Shown here in pieces: positions 10,013 through 20,635 of a DNA stretch of 64,000 nt. Numbering within the stretch: the first letter of the stretch is position 1; every line of letters begins with the position of its first letter. The DNA comes from Alphaproteobacteria bacterium. Lineage in GTDB: Bacteria; Pseudomonadota; Alphaproteobacteria; SP197. Under the pieces are notes generated by a model. The model ran no database searches, was not told the origin of the DNA, and saw only the letters and a program-made list of their open reading frames with translations. The DNA lies in the NCBI GenBank assembly GCA_964291415.2, contig OZ219917.1, positions 416,001 through 480,000 of the forward strand, written 5' to 3'. The translations under genes were made by a program, and so were the position numbers.

Positions 10013-11395
10013 GTGACCCAGATGATCCTCACCCTGGCGCTGATCTGTCTTGCGGCAGCAGCTTTCCTGGCCGGGCGAAGGAAAGCGGTCAGCCTCACCG
10101 GAGGCCGCACATCCGTCCTTCATTCGCGTCCGGTCTATCACGGCTGGTATGTCGCACTGGCCTGCGGCCTGCCGGCGGTGTCTCTCTGGTTCCTGGTTCT
10201 CCTGGCGGGAGACTGGATGATCGACAGGACCATTGTGGCCGCGCTTCCAGGCGAGCTTCGGGAGGCCACCGGCCCGGTTCTGCAGCGGTTCCTGAACGAT
10301 GCGGAAACACTCGCTGGCGGCGGCACTCCGACAATCGGGATCACGCCGGAACTCGAGGCTGCGGCTGCCTCCTTCAGGCACCTCACCCTTCTCAAGCACT
10401 GGATCGGAATCGGCGCGGCACTGGGCCTCGGGCTCATTGCGGCCGGCTTCGCCATGCGCCGGATCGACATCTCCCGGCGGACCCGCCAGCCGGTTGAGCG
10501 CGTGCTTCTCGTCGTGCTTCTTGTCCTGGCGGCGATTTCCGTCCTGACGACGGCGGGAATCGTCTTTTCGGTGCTCTTCGAGGCCATCCGCTTCTTTGAC
10601 AAGGTGCCGTTGCTCGACTTCCTGTTCGGCGTGAAGTGGAGTCCGCAGATCGCGCTGAGAGAAGACCAGGTGGGTTCTTCCGGGGCCTTCGGCGCGGTGC
10701 CGCTCTTCACCGGCACGCTTCTCATCACGTTCATCGCCATGCTGGTGGCAGGTCCCGTCGGACTTCTCTCGGCGGTCTACCTGACCGAATATGCCGACCC
10801 GCGCCTGCGGGCGGCAGCCAAGCCGATACTCGAGATCCTTGCCGGCATTCCCACGGTGGTCTACGGCTTCTTCGCCGCGCTCATCGTTGCCCCGGCGTTG
10901 CGCGAGGCGGGAGCCGGCATCGGACTCGATGTGGCATCGGAAAGCGCCCTGGCAGCGGGGCTGGTCATGGGAATGATGATCATCCCCTTCGTCTCGTCAC
11001 TGACCGACGATGCCCTCGCCGCGGTGCCCGCCGACCTCAGAGACGCTTCCCTGGGTCTTGGTGCGACGCAACAGGAGACGGTGACACGCGTCATCATTCC
11101 CGCAGCCCTTCCCGGCATCGTTGCCGGGTTCCTGCTGGCGGTGAGCCGGGCCATCGGAGAAACCATGATCGTGGTCATGGCTGCCGGCCTTGCAGCCAAT
11201 CTCACGGCGAACCCCTTCGAGGCCGTCACCACCGTGACCGTGCAGATCGTGACGCTCCTTGTCGGCGATCAGGAGTTCGACAGCGCCAAGACCCTCGCGG
11301 CCTTCGCTCTTGGCCTGACTCTCTTCCTGGTCACGCTGGGACTCAACATCGTCGCACTGAGAATGGTGCAGAAATACCAGGAACAGTATGACTGA
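10013..11395 (+). CDS. pstC: Phosphate ABC transporter permease PstC
   Basis: LAGIPTVVYGFF and SRAIGETMIV motifs; operon position. Confidence 0.95.
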   Translation: MTQMILTLALICLAAAAFLAGRRKAVSLTGGRTSVLHSRPVYHGWYVALACGLPAVSLWFLVLLAGDWMIDRTIVAALPGELREATGPVLQRFLNDAETLAGGGTPTIGITPELEAAAASFRHLTLLKHWIGIGAALGLGLIAAGFAMRRIDISRRTRQPVERVLLVVLLVLAAISVLTTAGIVFSVLFEAIRFFDKVPLLDFLFGVKWSPQIALREDQVGSSGAFGAVPLFTGTLLITFIAMLVAGPVGLLSAVYLTEYADPRLRAAAKPILEILAGIPTVVYGFFAALIVAPALREAGAGIGLDVASESALAAGLVMGMMIIPFVSSLTDDALAAVPADLRDASLGLGATQQETVTRVIIPAALPGIVAGFLLAVSRAIGETMIVVMAAGLAANLTANPFEAVTTVTVQIVTLLVGDQEFDSAKTLAAFALGLTLFLVTLGLNIVALRMVQKYQEQYD

Positions 11396-12674
11396 CACGG
11401 CACGGCGCATGACGTCGGTTCACCAGAGCGACACCTCGCGCGATCGCCTGCGCAAGCGCTATGCCCGGGAACGCAACTTCAAGATCGTGTCCGTCTCGGC
11501 CCTGGGACTCACCGCCATCTTCCTGGTGATCCTGCTGGGATCCATTGTTCTCAACGGCTGGTCGGGATTCCTCACCACCAAACTGCGCCTCGAGGTGACG
11601 TACTCCGCCGATCGCATCGATGTGGACAATCCGGCGAACGGCAACTTCCGCATGATTGTCCTCGATGGTCTGCGCAAGAGATTTCCCGACGTGACGGAGC
11701 GCAGGGAACTGCGGGCACTGCTTGGCATCGTGTCGAACCGGGCAGCCTACGACGTGCGGGACGCCCTCATCGACAATCCGTCCCTCGCCGGCACGTCACT
11801 GGAACTGTGGCTCCCGGCAGCGACAGAGGTCGACATGCTCAACAAGGGCTACGTCGACCGCTCCGCGCCCGAGGACCTGCGGCTGGTTGACGACCGGACG
11901 ATTGCCTGGGTTGATGCCTTCGAAGCGGACGGCAACCTGGCGACCGTCTTCAACTGGACATTCCTTCTGAGCGGAGATTCCCGCGAACCGGAACTCGCCG
12001 GAGTCGGCGGTGCCATCCTGGGTTCGTTCTGGATCCTTCTCGTCACCTTCGTCGCGTCGTTCCCGACCGGGGTGGGTGCGGCAGTCTTCCTCGAGGAGTT
12101 TGCGCCGAAGCGCCGGTGGGTCGACGTCATCGAGGTCAACATCAACAACCTTGCCGCCGTTCCCTCGATCGTCTTCGGCCTGCTGGGGCTCGCCGTGTTC
12201 CTGAATGTCATGCACCTGCCGCGTTCGGCGCCGGTCGTTGGCGGCCTGACCCTGGCCCTTATGACCCTGCCGACCATCATCATCACCACGCGGGCGGCGC
12301 TGAAGGGTATTCCGCCCTCGATCAGGGATGCCGCTCTCGCCGTCGGCGCCTCGCAAGTGCAGGTGGTCTCGCATTTCCTGCTGCCGCTGGCGATGCCGAG
12401 GATCCTCACCGGGGCGATCATCGGCATGGCGCGCGCACTGGGGGAGTCGGCGCCATTGCTCATGGTCGGCATGGTGGCCTTCGTCGTCGATCTGCCAGCC
12501 GGGCCGACCGATCCGGCAACGGCGCTTCCGGTGCAGGTCTTCCTGTGGGCGGACAGTCCCGAACGCGGCTTTGTCGAGAAAACATCGGCTGCGATCATGG
12601 TATTGCTCGTGTTTCTGATCGCCATGAACGGCCTGGCGGTCTACCTGAGGCAGAGGTTCGAGATCAGATGGTAG
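11388..12674 (+). CDS. pstA: Phosphate ABC transporter permease PstA
   Basis: [19 protein letters not shown] and [10 protein letters not shown] motifs. Confidence 0.95.
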   Translation: MTDTARRMTSVHQSDTSRDRLRKRYARERNFKIVSVSALGLTAIFLVILLGSIVLNGWSGFLTTKLRLEVTYSADRIDVDNPANGNFRMIVLDGLRKRFPDVTERRELRALLGIVSNRAAYDVRDALIDNPSLAGTSLELWLPAATEVDMLNKGYVDRSAPEDLRLVDDRTIAWVDAFEADGNLATVFNWTFLLSGDSREPELAGVGGAILGSFWILLVTFVASFPTGVGAAVFLEEFAPKRRWVDVIEVNINNLAAVPSIVFGLLGLAVFLNVMHLPRSAPVVGGLTLALMTLPTIIITTRAALKGIPPSIRDAALAVGASQVQVVSHFLLPLAMPRILTGAIIGMARALGESAPLLMVGMVAFVVDLPAGPTDPATALPVQVFLWADSPERGFVEKTSAAIMVLLVFLIAMNGLAVYLRQRFEIRW

Positions 12675-13456
12675 AAGCGGCGGCAACCCGTGATGCGCCG
12701 TGCGTGAAGATGAGAACGCGCGGCCTCAAGCTGTGGTACGGCGACAAGCAGGCGCTGGCCGGCATCGATCTCGACGTGGCCGAACACCAGGTCACCGCCC
12801 TCATCGGTCCCTCGGGGTGCGGCAAGACCACGTTCCTGAAGTGCCTCAATCGCATGACCGACACCATCGATGACGTGACGACCGAAGGCAGCGTCACCCT
12901 CGACGGCGTCGACATCCGGGACCGTTCGGTCGATGTCGTGCAGCTGCGTGCACGTGTCGGCATGGTCTTCCAGAAACCCAATCCCTTCCCCAAGACGGTC
13001 TATGACAACATCGCCTATGGCCCGCGCATTCACGGCCTTGCCGCCAACCGCCGCGAGCTTGACGACATCGTTGAATCAAGTCTGCGCCGCGCCGGGCTGT
13101 GGGAGGAGGTATCGGGCCGTCTCGGCGACCTTGCGACAGGCATGTCCGGTGGTCAGCAGCAGCGCCTGTGCATCGCCCGCTCGATCGCCGTGGCGCCCGA
13201 AGTGATCCTGATGGACGAGCCCTGCTCGGCGCTTGATCCGATCTCGACGGCACGCATCGAAGAACTGATCGACGAACTGCGGACGAAGTACACGATCGTC
13301 ATTGTCACCCACAACCTGCAGCAGGCGGCGCGGGTCTCGCAGATGACCGCCTTCTTTCACCTTGGCCGGCTGATCGAGGTCAACGGCACGGCTGAACTCT
13401 TCCAGAGCCCGGCCGAATCCATGACCGAGGACTACATCACCGGCCGGTTCGGATGA
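12668..13456 (+). CDS. pstB: Phosphate ABC transporter ATP-binding protein
   Basis: GPSGCGKT Walker [24 protein letters not shown]-terminal DYITGRFG. Confidence 0.96.
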   Translation: MVEAAATRDAPCVKMRTRGLKLWYGDKQALAGIDLDVAEHQVTALIGPSGCGKTTFLKCLNRMTDTIDDVTTEGSVTLDGVDIRDRSVDVVQLRARVGMVFQKPNPFPKTVYDNIAYGPRIHGLAANRRELDDIVESSLRRAGLWEEVSGRLGDLATGMSGGQQQRLCIARSIAVAPEVILMDEPCSALDPISTARIEELIDELRTKYTIVIVTHNLQQAARVSQMTAFFHLGRLIEVNGTAELFQSPAESMTEDYITGRFG

Positions 13457-13479
13457 GCACACTTGGCTGAGGATTTCCC

Positions 13480-14202
13480 ATGACTGTCCAGCACACTGTC
13501 CGTTCCTTCGATTCCGAACTCGAGGAGGTCACGAACCGCGTTCTCTCCATGGGCGGAATCGTGGAAGACCAGATCCGCAACGCCATGCAGGCCCTGGTGG
13601 ACGGCAACCGAACACTTGCCCAGAACGTCATTGACAGCGACCAGAGAGTCGACGCCCATGAGCGCGAGGTGGATGAACTGGTCACCCGCATCGTGGCGCT
13701 GCGCCAGCCCCTGGCCGAGGATCTGCGGCGCATCAAGACGGCGCTGAAGGCGGCCAGCGATCTGGAGCGCATGGGCGATCTCGCGGCCAACGTCTCCAAG
13801 CGCATCCTCATCATCGAGGACACGACGGGAATGCCGCAGCGCGAGGCCCTGAGGCGGCTGGGTGCGGCCGTCTACAACATGACGACCGACGTCATGAATG
13901 CATACCGTGACGGTGATGCCGACCTGGCCGAGCGGGTGTGGCGCCAGGACGAGTTCATTGACGAGATGTACAGTTCCGTCTTTCTCGCCATTCTCGCCGA
14001 CATGATCGCCAATCCGAAACTGATCGCGCCCGGAACCCAGGCCCACTTCATCGCCAAGAACATCGAACGCATCGGTGACCACACCACCAACATCGCCGAG
14101 ATGGTGACCTACATGATTCTGGGCCGGTTACCGGACCGTGACCGGCCCAAGGCAGATTCCGTGATCGGAGTGGAAGGTGAGACAGTCGAGAACGGCAACT
14201 GA
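13480..14202 (+). CDS. phoU: Phosphate signalling protein PhoU
   Basis: QP.A.DLR, DLERMGDLAAN and IERIGDHTTNIAE motifs. Confidence 0.95.
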   Translation: MTVQHTVRSFDSELEEVTNRVLSMGGIVEDQIRNAMQALVDGNRTLAQNVIDSDQRVDAHEREVDELVTRIVALRQPLAEDLRRIKTALKAASDLERMGDLAANVSKRILIIEDTTGMPQREALRRLGAAVYNMTTDVMNAYRDGDADLAERVWRQDEFIDEMYSSVFLAILADMIANPKLIAPGTQAHFIAKNIERIGDHTTNIAEMVTYMILGRLPDRDRPKADSVIGVEGETVENGN

Positions 14203-14893
14203 GACATGTGAAGCCACCGCCCTCGTCGTTGATGACGAGGAGCCGATTCTCGAACTGGTGCGCTACAACATGGAGGCCGACGGGTTCCGGGTTCTGACCT
14301 GCGGCGACGGCCGCGAGGCGCTCATCCTCGCCGAAGAGGAAAACCCGGACATCGTCATACTCGACTGGATGCTGCCTGGCTTGAGCGGACTGGAGGTCTG
14401 CCGGCGTATCCGCCGTGATCGCAACCTGTCGCATCTGCCGATCATCATGCTGACGGCCCGGGCCGACGGAGCGGACCGTGTCAGGGGACTCGATGTCGGT
14501 GCGGACGACTATGTGCCCAAGCCATTTGCGCCTTCCGAACTGCTGGCCCGCGTGCGTGCCGTGCTGCGCCGCATCCGCCCTGCCCTGGCCGGTGATTCGC
14601 TGGCTTGTTCGGACCTTGTCATGGACCTCGCCGGACGGCGGGTCGTGCGCGCCGGCCAGCGCATTCATCTCGGACCGAAGGAGTTCGCCATCCTCAGGCT
14701 CTTCATGGAGAACCCGGGACGGGTATTCGGTCGTGAACAGATTCTGGACAGGGTCTGGGGTATCGACTCCTTCATCGGTGACAGGACCGTCGACGTGCAT
14801 ATCGGCCGGTTGAGAAAGGCGCTCAACGTCACCGGAGGCGGCGAACTCATCCGCACCGTGCGCACGGCGGGATACGCCCTTGATGCGGACTGA
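14177..14893 (+). CDS. phoB: Phosphate regulon response regulator PhoB
   Basis: Receiver domain ILDWMLPG, GADDYVPKPF, winged helix HLGPKEF..RTVDVHIGRLRKAL. Confidence 0.93.
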   Translation: MRQSRTATETCEATALVVDDEEPILELVRYNMEADGFRVLTCGDGREALILAEEENPDIVILDWMLPGLSGLEVCRRIRRDRNLSHLPIIMLTARADGADRVRGLDVGADDYVPKPFAPSELLARVRAVLRRIRPALAGDSLACSDLVMDLAGRRVVRAGQRIHLGPKEFAILRLFMENPGRVFGREQILDRVWGIDSFIGDRTVDVHIGRLRKALNVTGGGELIRTVRTAGYALDAD

Positions 14894-14937
14894 GGTTTCT
14901 GCTTGATAGGTGGCGGAAACGGCCGGGAAGGGTGTCC

Positions 14938-15321
14938 ATGGCGATCAATTTCGACACGTATGACGACGACAACGTCTTTGCGAAGATCCTGCGTGGCGAG
15001 CTTCCGTGCACCGCGGTACGCGACGAGGAACACGTGCTCGCCTTCCACGACATCGCGCCCCAGGCTCCCGAGCATGTGCTTGTCATCCCCAGGGGGCGCT
15101 ACATCGCCCACGACGACTTCCACCGCAACGCCAGCGACGGGGAGATCGTCGCCTTCTGGAGGACCGTGGGGGAGATCTGCGATGCGCTCGGAGTTCGCGA
15201 GCGCGGTCACAGGCTGATCACCAACCAGGGACGGGACGGCCACCAGGTCGTTCCCCACTTCCACGTCCATATCCTTGCCGGAGAGGACCTCGGTCCCATG
15301 TTGCCGGGAACGTCGACCTGA
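14938..15321 (+). CDS. HIT (histidine triad) nucleotide-binding protein
   Basis: YDDDNVFAKILRGELP and HFHVHIL histidine triad. Confidence 0.92.
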   Translation: MAINFDTYDDDNVFAKILRGELPCTAVRDEEHVLAFHDIAPQAPEHVLVIPRGRYIAHDDFHRNASDGEIVAFWRTVGEICDALGVRERGHRLITNQGRDGHQVVPHFHVHILAGEDLGPMLPGTST

Positions 15322-15394
15322 AGCACGTCGACGGCATGGACAGGACCCGGCCTCTGGTTTACACCTCCGCCGTCTTGCGAGAAGCGAATCCTCC

Positions 15395-16651
15395 ATGCCG
15401 TTCGCCCTGCTCAAACACGGCCTCATCCGGCGTCGCACGATCCCCGACGCATTTCCTGAACCCGGAGAACTGAAGGACTCGTACGACATCGTCATCGTCG
15501 GTGGCGGCGGTCACGGCCTGGCAACGGCCTACTATCTTGCGGTCGATCACGGGATCACCGATGTCGCGGTGCTTGAACGCGGGTACATCGGCGGCGGCAA
15601 CACCGGCCGCAACACGGCCATCATCCGCTCCAACTACCTGACGCCGGAAGGCGTGAAGTTCTATGACGAGTCAATACGGCTCTACAAGGACCTCTCCAAC
15701 GACTTCGACATGAACATTCTCTATTCGGAGCGCGGCCACTACACCCTGGCGCATACGGACAGCGCCGTCAGGACCATGCGGTGGAGAGCCGAGGTCAACA
15801 AGCACTTCGGGATCGAATCGGAACTCGTGATGCGGGACGATCTCATGAAGATGGTGCCGCAGCTCGATTACTCCGAGGATGTCCGCTATCCCATCCTCGG
15901 CGCGCTCTACCATGCGCCCGGAGCCATCGCCCGCCACGACGCCGTGGCCTGGGGTTACGGGGCCGGCGCGGCGCGGCGCGGCGTCCACATACACCAGAAT
16001 ACGGAGGTCACCGGCTTCGAGATCACCGGAGCCAACGGCCGCGCCGGACGTGTCACCGGGGTAAAGACCAGCCGCGGAACCATCCGCGCCGGCAAGGTGC
16101 TGCAGGCGGTGGCCGGCATGTCCGGCGAGGTGGCGGCGATGGCGGGCTTCAGGTTGCCGCTGAAGACGGTGCCGCTCCAGGCCTGCGTGAGCCAGCCCCT
16201 GAAACCCTTCCTCGACGCCATCGTCGTTTCGGGAAGCCTTCACGTCTACGTCAGCCAGTCGTCCCGCGGCGAACTCGTCATGGGCGGTTCCACGGACCCC
16301 TACGGGGTCTACATGACGCGCTCCACACTCGACTTCAAGGAAGGTCTGATGATGCACCTGCTGGAACTGCTTCCCTTCATTTCCGAAGTGAAGCTGCTGC
16401 GGCAGTGGGCCGGCATGACCGACATGACACCGGATTTCGCGCCGATCATGGGAGAGACCCCCGTCGACAACTACTACATCGATGCCGGCTGGGGGACGTG
16501 GGGGTTCAAGGCCACGCCGGTGTGCGGCAAGGAGAACGCACGCATGCTGGCGACCGGCGAAGTCGGAGACCTCATTCAACCGTTTGCACTCCAGCGCTAC
16601 CACGACTTCAACCTGGTCGGGGAAAAGGGCGCGGCCAGCGTGGGCCACTAG
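15395..16651 (+). CDS. mgdA: Heterotetrameric sarcosine oxidase beta / N-methylglutamate dehydrogenase subunit A
   Basis: GGGGHGLATAYYLA FAD motif, GGNTGRNT.IIRSNY, GWGTWGFKATP. The N-terminus MPFALLKHGL and C-terminus GEKGAASVGH match the Mgd type from memory. Confidence 0.75.
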   Translation: MPFALLKHGLIRRRTIPDAFPEPGELKDSYDIVIVGGGGHGLATAYYLAVDHGITDVAVLERGYIGGGNTGRNTAIIRSNYLTPEGVKFYDESIRLYKDLSNDFDMNILYSERGHYTLAHTDSAVRTMRWRAEVNKHFGIESELVMRDDLMKMVPQLDYSEDVRYPILGALYHAPGAIARHDAVAWGYGAGAARRGVHIHQNTEVTGFEITGANGRAGRVTGVKTSRGTIRAGKVLQAVAGMSGEVAAMAGFRLPLKTVPLQACVSQPLKPFLDAIVVSGSLHVYVSQSSRGELVMGGSTDPYGVYMTRSTLDFKEGLMMHLLELLPFISEVKLLRQWAGMTDMTPDFAPIMGETPVDNYYIDAGWGTWGFKATPVCGKENARMLATGEVGDLIQPFALQRYHDFNLVGEKGAASVGH

Positions 16652-16667
16652 AGGAGACCGTCAGACG

Positions 16668-16943
16668 ATGAAGATCATGCCGTGCCCGCTCAACGGTCCG
16701 CGCAACATCTCGGAGTTCGCCTGCGGCGGCGAGGTGGAGCACCTGCCGCCGCCGGACTGCGATCACGCCGCGTGGATCGACTACGTCTACCTCGAGAACA
16801 ACACCGCGGGCATCATCCGCGAGTGGTGGTATCACACACCCACCGCCTACTGGTTCGTCGCCGAACGCGATACCCGCACCGATGAGATTCTCCGGACCTG
16901 GCCGGCCGGCGAATTCCTTGCCGAATTCGGAGAAGGACGATGA
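16668..16943 (+). CDS. mgdB: Sarcosine oxidase delta / N-methylglutamate dehydrogenase subunit B
   Basis: MKIMPCPLNGPRNISEF.CGGE, EWWYH, ERDTRTDEILRT; GAGGAG RBS. Confidence 0.75.
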   Translation: MKIMPCPLNGPRNISEFACGGEVEHLPPPDCDHAAWIDYVYLENNTAGIIREWWYHTPTAYWFVAERDTRTDEILRTWPAGEFLAEFGEGR

Positions 16944-19906
16944 TCCCCGGACGCCTTCCCTCCTCGGCGGGCCAGCTGATCGACCGATCCAGGCCGCTCT
17001 CCTTCACCTTTGACGGGAAGGGTTACCGGGGATACGCCGGGGACACCATCACCAGCGCCCTGCTTGCTTCCGGTGTCAGGGTGCTGTCGCGTTCCTTCAA
17101 GTACCACCGTCCGCGGGGAACGCTGTCGGCCGCCGGCCACGATGCCAACAGTTTCGTGCAGATCGGCGATGAACCCAACGTGGTGGCCGATACCAGGCTG
17201 GTCGAGGACGGCATGGTGGTCGAGGCGCAGAATGTGTTCGGCAGTCTCGACAACGACAGGGCGCGCCTTCTCGATCACTTCGGGCGGTTCCTGCCGGTCG
17301 GCTTCTACTACAAGACCTTCTACCGCCCGAAGGGCGCATGGAAGGTGTGGGAGCCGGTGGTTCGCCGCCTTGCGGGTCTCGGAACGGTCAATCCCTCGAC
17401 GCCGCACGGCTACTACGACAAGCAGTACCTGTGGGCCGACGTGGTCGTTGTCGGCGGCGGACCTGCGGGCATGGCGGCGGCCCTCGAGGCGGCGGCGGTC
17501 AGCCATGCGGTCGAGGTGCTGCTCGTCGAGGAGAACCCTCAGCTGGGCGGCTCGCTGACCTATGCACGTTTCGATGCCGAGGGAGAACGGGCCGCACGCG
17601 AGCGGGAGTCGCTCGTGGCCGCAGTCGAGGGATGCGACAATATCCGCGTCCTCGCCGGCGCCGTGGCCAACGGCTGGTTCACCGACCATTTCATTCCCGT
17701 CATCCAGGGCAACCGCATGTTCAAGGTGCGGGCGGGATCCGTGGTCGTGGCTACCGGGTCCTGGGAACAGCCCCTGGTGTTCCGCAACAACGATCTTCCC
17801 GGGGTGATGTACGGATCGGCGGCCCAGCGTCTGGTCAACCGGTATGGTGTCAGACCCGGCAGCCGGGCGGTCATCGCCACCGCCAACGCCGACGGCTATG
17901 CCACCGCGCTCGATCTCATCGGCGCCGGAGTCGACATTGCCGCGGTGGCTGAACTCGGTCCCCAGGTCCCGCGGCACGACCTGGCGGCGGCCGTGTCGGA
18001 TCACGGGGTGCCGATCATGCCGCGATCGACCGTGGTCGAGGCGCAAGCCGGCCCGTGGAAGGACACCATCGAGGCGGCGCGCATTGCGGAGATCACCGGA
18101 CCCGGCACGACGGCCGCCCGGCACAAGGTCCATGACTGCGACACGATCGTGACGTCTGTCGGCTGGCAACCCGCTGCCAACCTCGTCTGGCACGCCGGCG
18201 GCCGGACTCCCTACAACGAGACGACGTCCATGCTCGAGATCGGCAAACTGCCGGAGGGCATGCACGCGGCGGGATCGGTGGCCGGGTGTTTCCGTATCGA
18301 CACGGTGATCGAGGAAGGCCGGCGCGCCGGCTGGCTGGCCGCCCGCGACGCCGGTTTCAACGGCACCGCCATGCCGGTGGTGCGCAACGATCGCGGCGAA
18401 ACGGGACAGAATCATCCCTGGCCCATGTTCGAGCACCCGAAGGGCCGCGACTTTGTCGATTTCGACGAGGACCTGCAGGTCCACGACCTGAAAGACGCGG
18501 TCTCGGAGGGTTATACCCACATCGAGTTGATGAAGCGCTTCTCCACCTGCGGCATGGGACCCAGCCAGGGTCGCCATTCCTGGCTCAACGCGATTCGCCT
18601 CAACGCCCGGGAGAACGGCATCACTGTCAACGAAGCCGGCATGACGACGCAGAGGCCACCCTACACTGCCGAGAAGCTGGGCGTCCTGGCGGGCCGCAGT
18701 TTCGAGCCCGAGCGACTCACTGCCATGCACTGGCGCCATGTCGAGGCCGGCGCCCGCATGATGCAGGCCGGCGCCTGGTACCGTCCGGAACACTATGGCG
18801 GCGACGACAGGGACGCCGTGATCGAGGCCGAATCGCGTCATGTCCGGGAAAAGGTCGGTCTGATCGACGTGTCGACCCTGGGCGGGCTCGAAATCCGCGG
18901 CCCCGACGCCGCGGACATGATGGAACGCATGTACACCTGGGCCTACAGAAAACAGCTGGTGGGCCGCGCCCGCTACACGCTGATGACCGACATGACCGGC
19001 GTCATCACCGATGATGGAGTCGCCTGCAGGCTGCATGAGAACCACTACTACGTCACGGCCACCACCTCAGGCGTCGATGGCGTCTACCAGGAGATGCTGT
19101 TCTGGAATGCGCAGTGGCGTCTCAGGGTCGACATCACCAACGTCACGGGTGCCTGGTGCGGCGTCAACATTGCCGGACCAAGGTCGCGCGCCGTGCTCAC
19201 CCGTCTCACCGACGAGAAGCTCGATGCCGAATCCTTCCCCTACATGGCCGTCAGGCAGGCGAACGTTGCCGGCATTCCCTGCCGCCTGCTGAGGGTCGGA
19301 TTCGTCGGCGAGCTCGGGTACGAGATCCACTGTCCGGCGCACTCGGGCGAGGCCCTGTGGGATGCCCTGATGGAAGCCGGCAGGGATCACAACATCAGGC
19401 CCTTCGGCGTGGAATGCCAGAGACTGCTGCGTCTCGAGAAGGGGCACATCATCGTCAGCCAGGATACCGACGGCCTCACCAATCCCCTGGAGGCGGACAT
19501 GGACTGGGCGCTCGCCAAGAAGCGCCCCTTCTTCATCGGCAAGCGGTCCATCGACATCCAGCGCGACAACGTCCAGCGCAAGCTGGTGGGATTCGAGATC
19601 GAATCCCGCGAACGCGACGGCAGTATCCCCAGGGAGTGCCACCTGGTGATCCGCGACGGGGACATTGCGGGCAGGGTGACGTCCTGCAGCTACTCGCCGA
19701 CTCTCGACAAGGTCATCGGGCTGGCCTACGTGGCGCCCGATCAGGCAGAGCCGGGAAGCACATTCCAGGTCAGGATCAAATCCGGGCGCGTTGACGGCCG
19801 CCGGGTGAGAATCACACCCGATGCGTACGTTGCCTGCCGGGTCGTGCCGTTGCCCTTCTATGACCCGGAGAACGCCCGTCAGGAGCCAGGGAACACAGGA
19901 CCATGA
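16940..19906 (+). CDS. mgdC: Sarcosine oxidase alpha / N-methylglutamate dehydrogenase subunit C
   Basis: SRSFKYHRPRG, GGGPAGMAAA NAD site, GMGPSQG, GcvT-like C-terminal domain (GFVGELGYEI, LRLEKGH). Confidence 0.8.
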   Translation: MIPGRLPSSAGQLIDRSRPLSFTFDGKGYRGYAGDTITSALLASGVRVLSRSFKYHRPRGTLSAAGHDANSFVQIGDEPNVVADTRLVEDGMVVEAQNVFGSLDNDRARLLDHFGRFLPVGFYYKTFYRPKGAWKVWEPVVRRLAGLGTVNPSTPHGYYDKQYLWADVVVVGGGPAGMAAALEAAAVSHAVEVLLVEENPQLGGSLTYARFDAEGERAARERESLVAAVEGCDNIRVLAGAVANGWFTDHFIPVIQGNRMFKVRAGSVVVATGSWEQPLVFRNNDLPGVMYGSAAQRLVNRYGVRPGSRAVIATANADGYATALDLIGAGVDIAAVAELGPQVPRHDLAAAVSDHGVPIMPRSTVVEAQAGPWKDTIEAARIAEITGPGTTAARHKVHDCDTIVTSVGWQPAANLVWHAGGRTPYNETTSMLEIGKLPEGMHAAGSVAGCFRIDTVIEEGRRAGWLAARDAGFNGTAMPVVRNDRGETGQNHPWPMFEHPKGRDFVDFDEDLQVHDLKDAVSEGYTHIELMKRFSTCGMGPSQGRHSWLNAIRLNARENGITVNEAGMTTQRPPYTAEKLGVLAGRSFEPERLTAMHWRHVEAGARMMQAGAWYRPEHYGGDDRDAVIEAESRHVREKVGLIDVSTLGGLEIRGPDAADMMERMYTWAYRKQLVGRARYTLMTDMTGVITDDGVACRLHENHYYVTATTSGVDGVYQEMLFWNAQWRLRVDITNVTGAWCGVNIAGPRSRAVLTRLTDEKLDAESFPYMAVRQANVAGIPCRLLRVGFVGELGYEIHCPAHSGEALWDALMEAGRDHNIRPFGVECQRLLRLEKGHIIVSQDTDGLTNPLEADMDWALAKKRPFFIGKRSIDIQRDNVQRKLVGFEIESRERDGSIPRECHLVIRDGDIAGRVTSCSYSPTLDKVIGLAYVAPDQAEPGSTFQVRIKSGRVDGRRVRITPDAYVACRVVPLPFYDPENARQEPGNTGP

Positions 19907-20628
19907 GCGCCGCCGGTTGCTCACCGCGGGAAGAGCCGATGACTCGGCCAGAAAAGTTCCAGCGTCGGTCCCATCTCTACCGGATCTGTCGCGAGGCCGG
20001 CGCCCACTGGCGCGCCATGAACGGCTTTGGCGTGCCGGCGCACTATGGCGATGTCGATGGCGAGACCGCCGACGCGGCGCATCTGGCCATTGCCGACCTG
20101 ACGGCATTGCCGCGGGCAGGATACAAGGGCTGGGGAATGGCGGACTGGATCCAGAGCCAGGGGGTGTCCCTGCCCGAGCCCAACCGGGCCTCCCGCCAGG
20201 AAGACGGCACCCTGGCCTGCCGGCTTTCCTCCGGGGAACTCCTGCTGCTCGCCGATGACGACCAGGCGTCGCTGATCGATCGTCTCGGAGAGGCCTGGTC
20301 CGTCGACGATGCCGTCTGCTTTCCGGTCCCGCGCGCCGATGCCAGTGCGCGCCTTGCCGTGACCGGTGACGAGAGCGCGGCGATGATGGCGAAGATGTGC
20401 GGTGTCGACCTGCGAGGCCACCGCTTTGCCGACCACGCCATCGCCCAGACCAGCGTGGCCCGCATGAATGTCATCGTCCTGCGCAACGACCGGGGCGCCT
20501 CACCCGCCTATGACCTGATCTTCGACAGCGCCTCGGCGGTCTACCTTTGGGGATGTCTTGTCGACGCCATGGCGGAGTTCGGCGGACGCATCGTCGGCAT
20601 CGATGCCCTCGACGCGCTGCGCGGCTGA
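19903..20628 (+). CDS. mgdD: Sarcosine oxidase gamma / N-methylglutamate dehydrogenase subunit D
   Basis: DLTALPR.G.KG, AK.CGVDL and AQTSVAR motifs; ATGA overlap with the alpha subunit. Confidence 0.72.
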   Translation: MSAAGCSPREEPMTRPEKFQRRSHLYRICREAGAHWRAMNGFGVPAHYGDVDGETADAAHLAIADLTALPRAGYKGWGMADWIQSQGVSLPEPNRASRQEDGTLACRLSSGELLLLADDDQASLIDRLGEAWSVDDAVCFPVPRADASARLAVTGDESAAMMAKMCGVDLRGHRFADHAIAQTSVARMNVIVLRNDRGASPAYDLIFDSASAVYLWGCLVDAMAEFGGRIVGIDALDALRG

Positions 20629-20635
20629 TCCCGGA

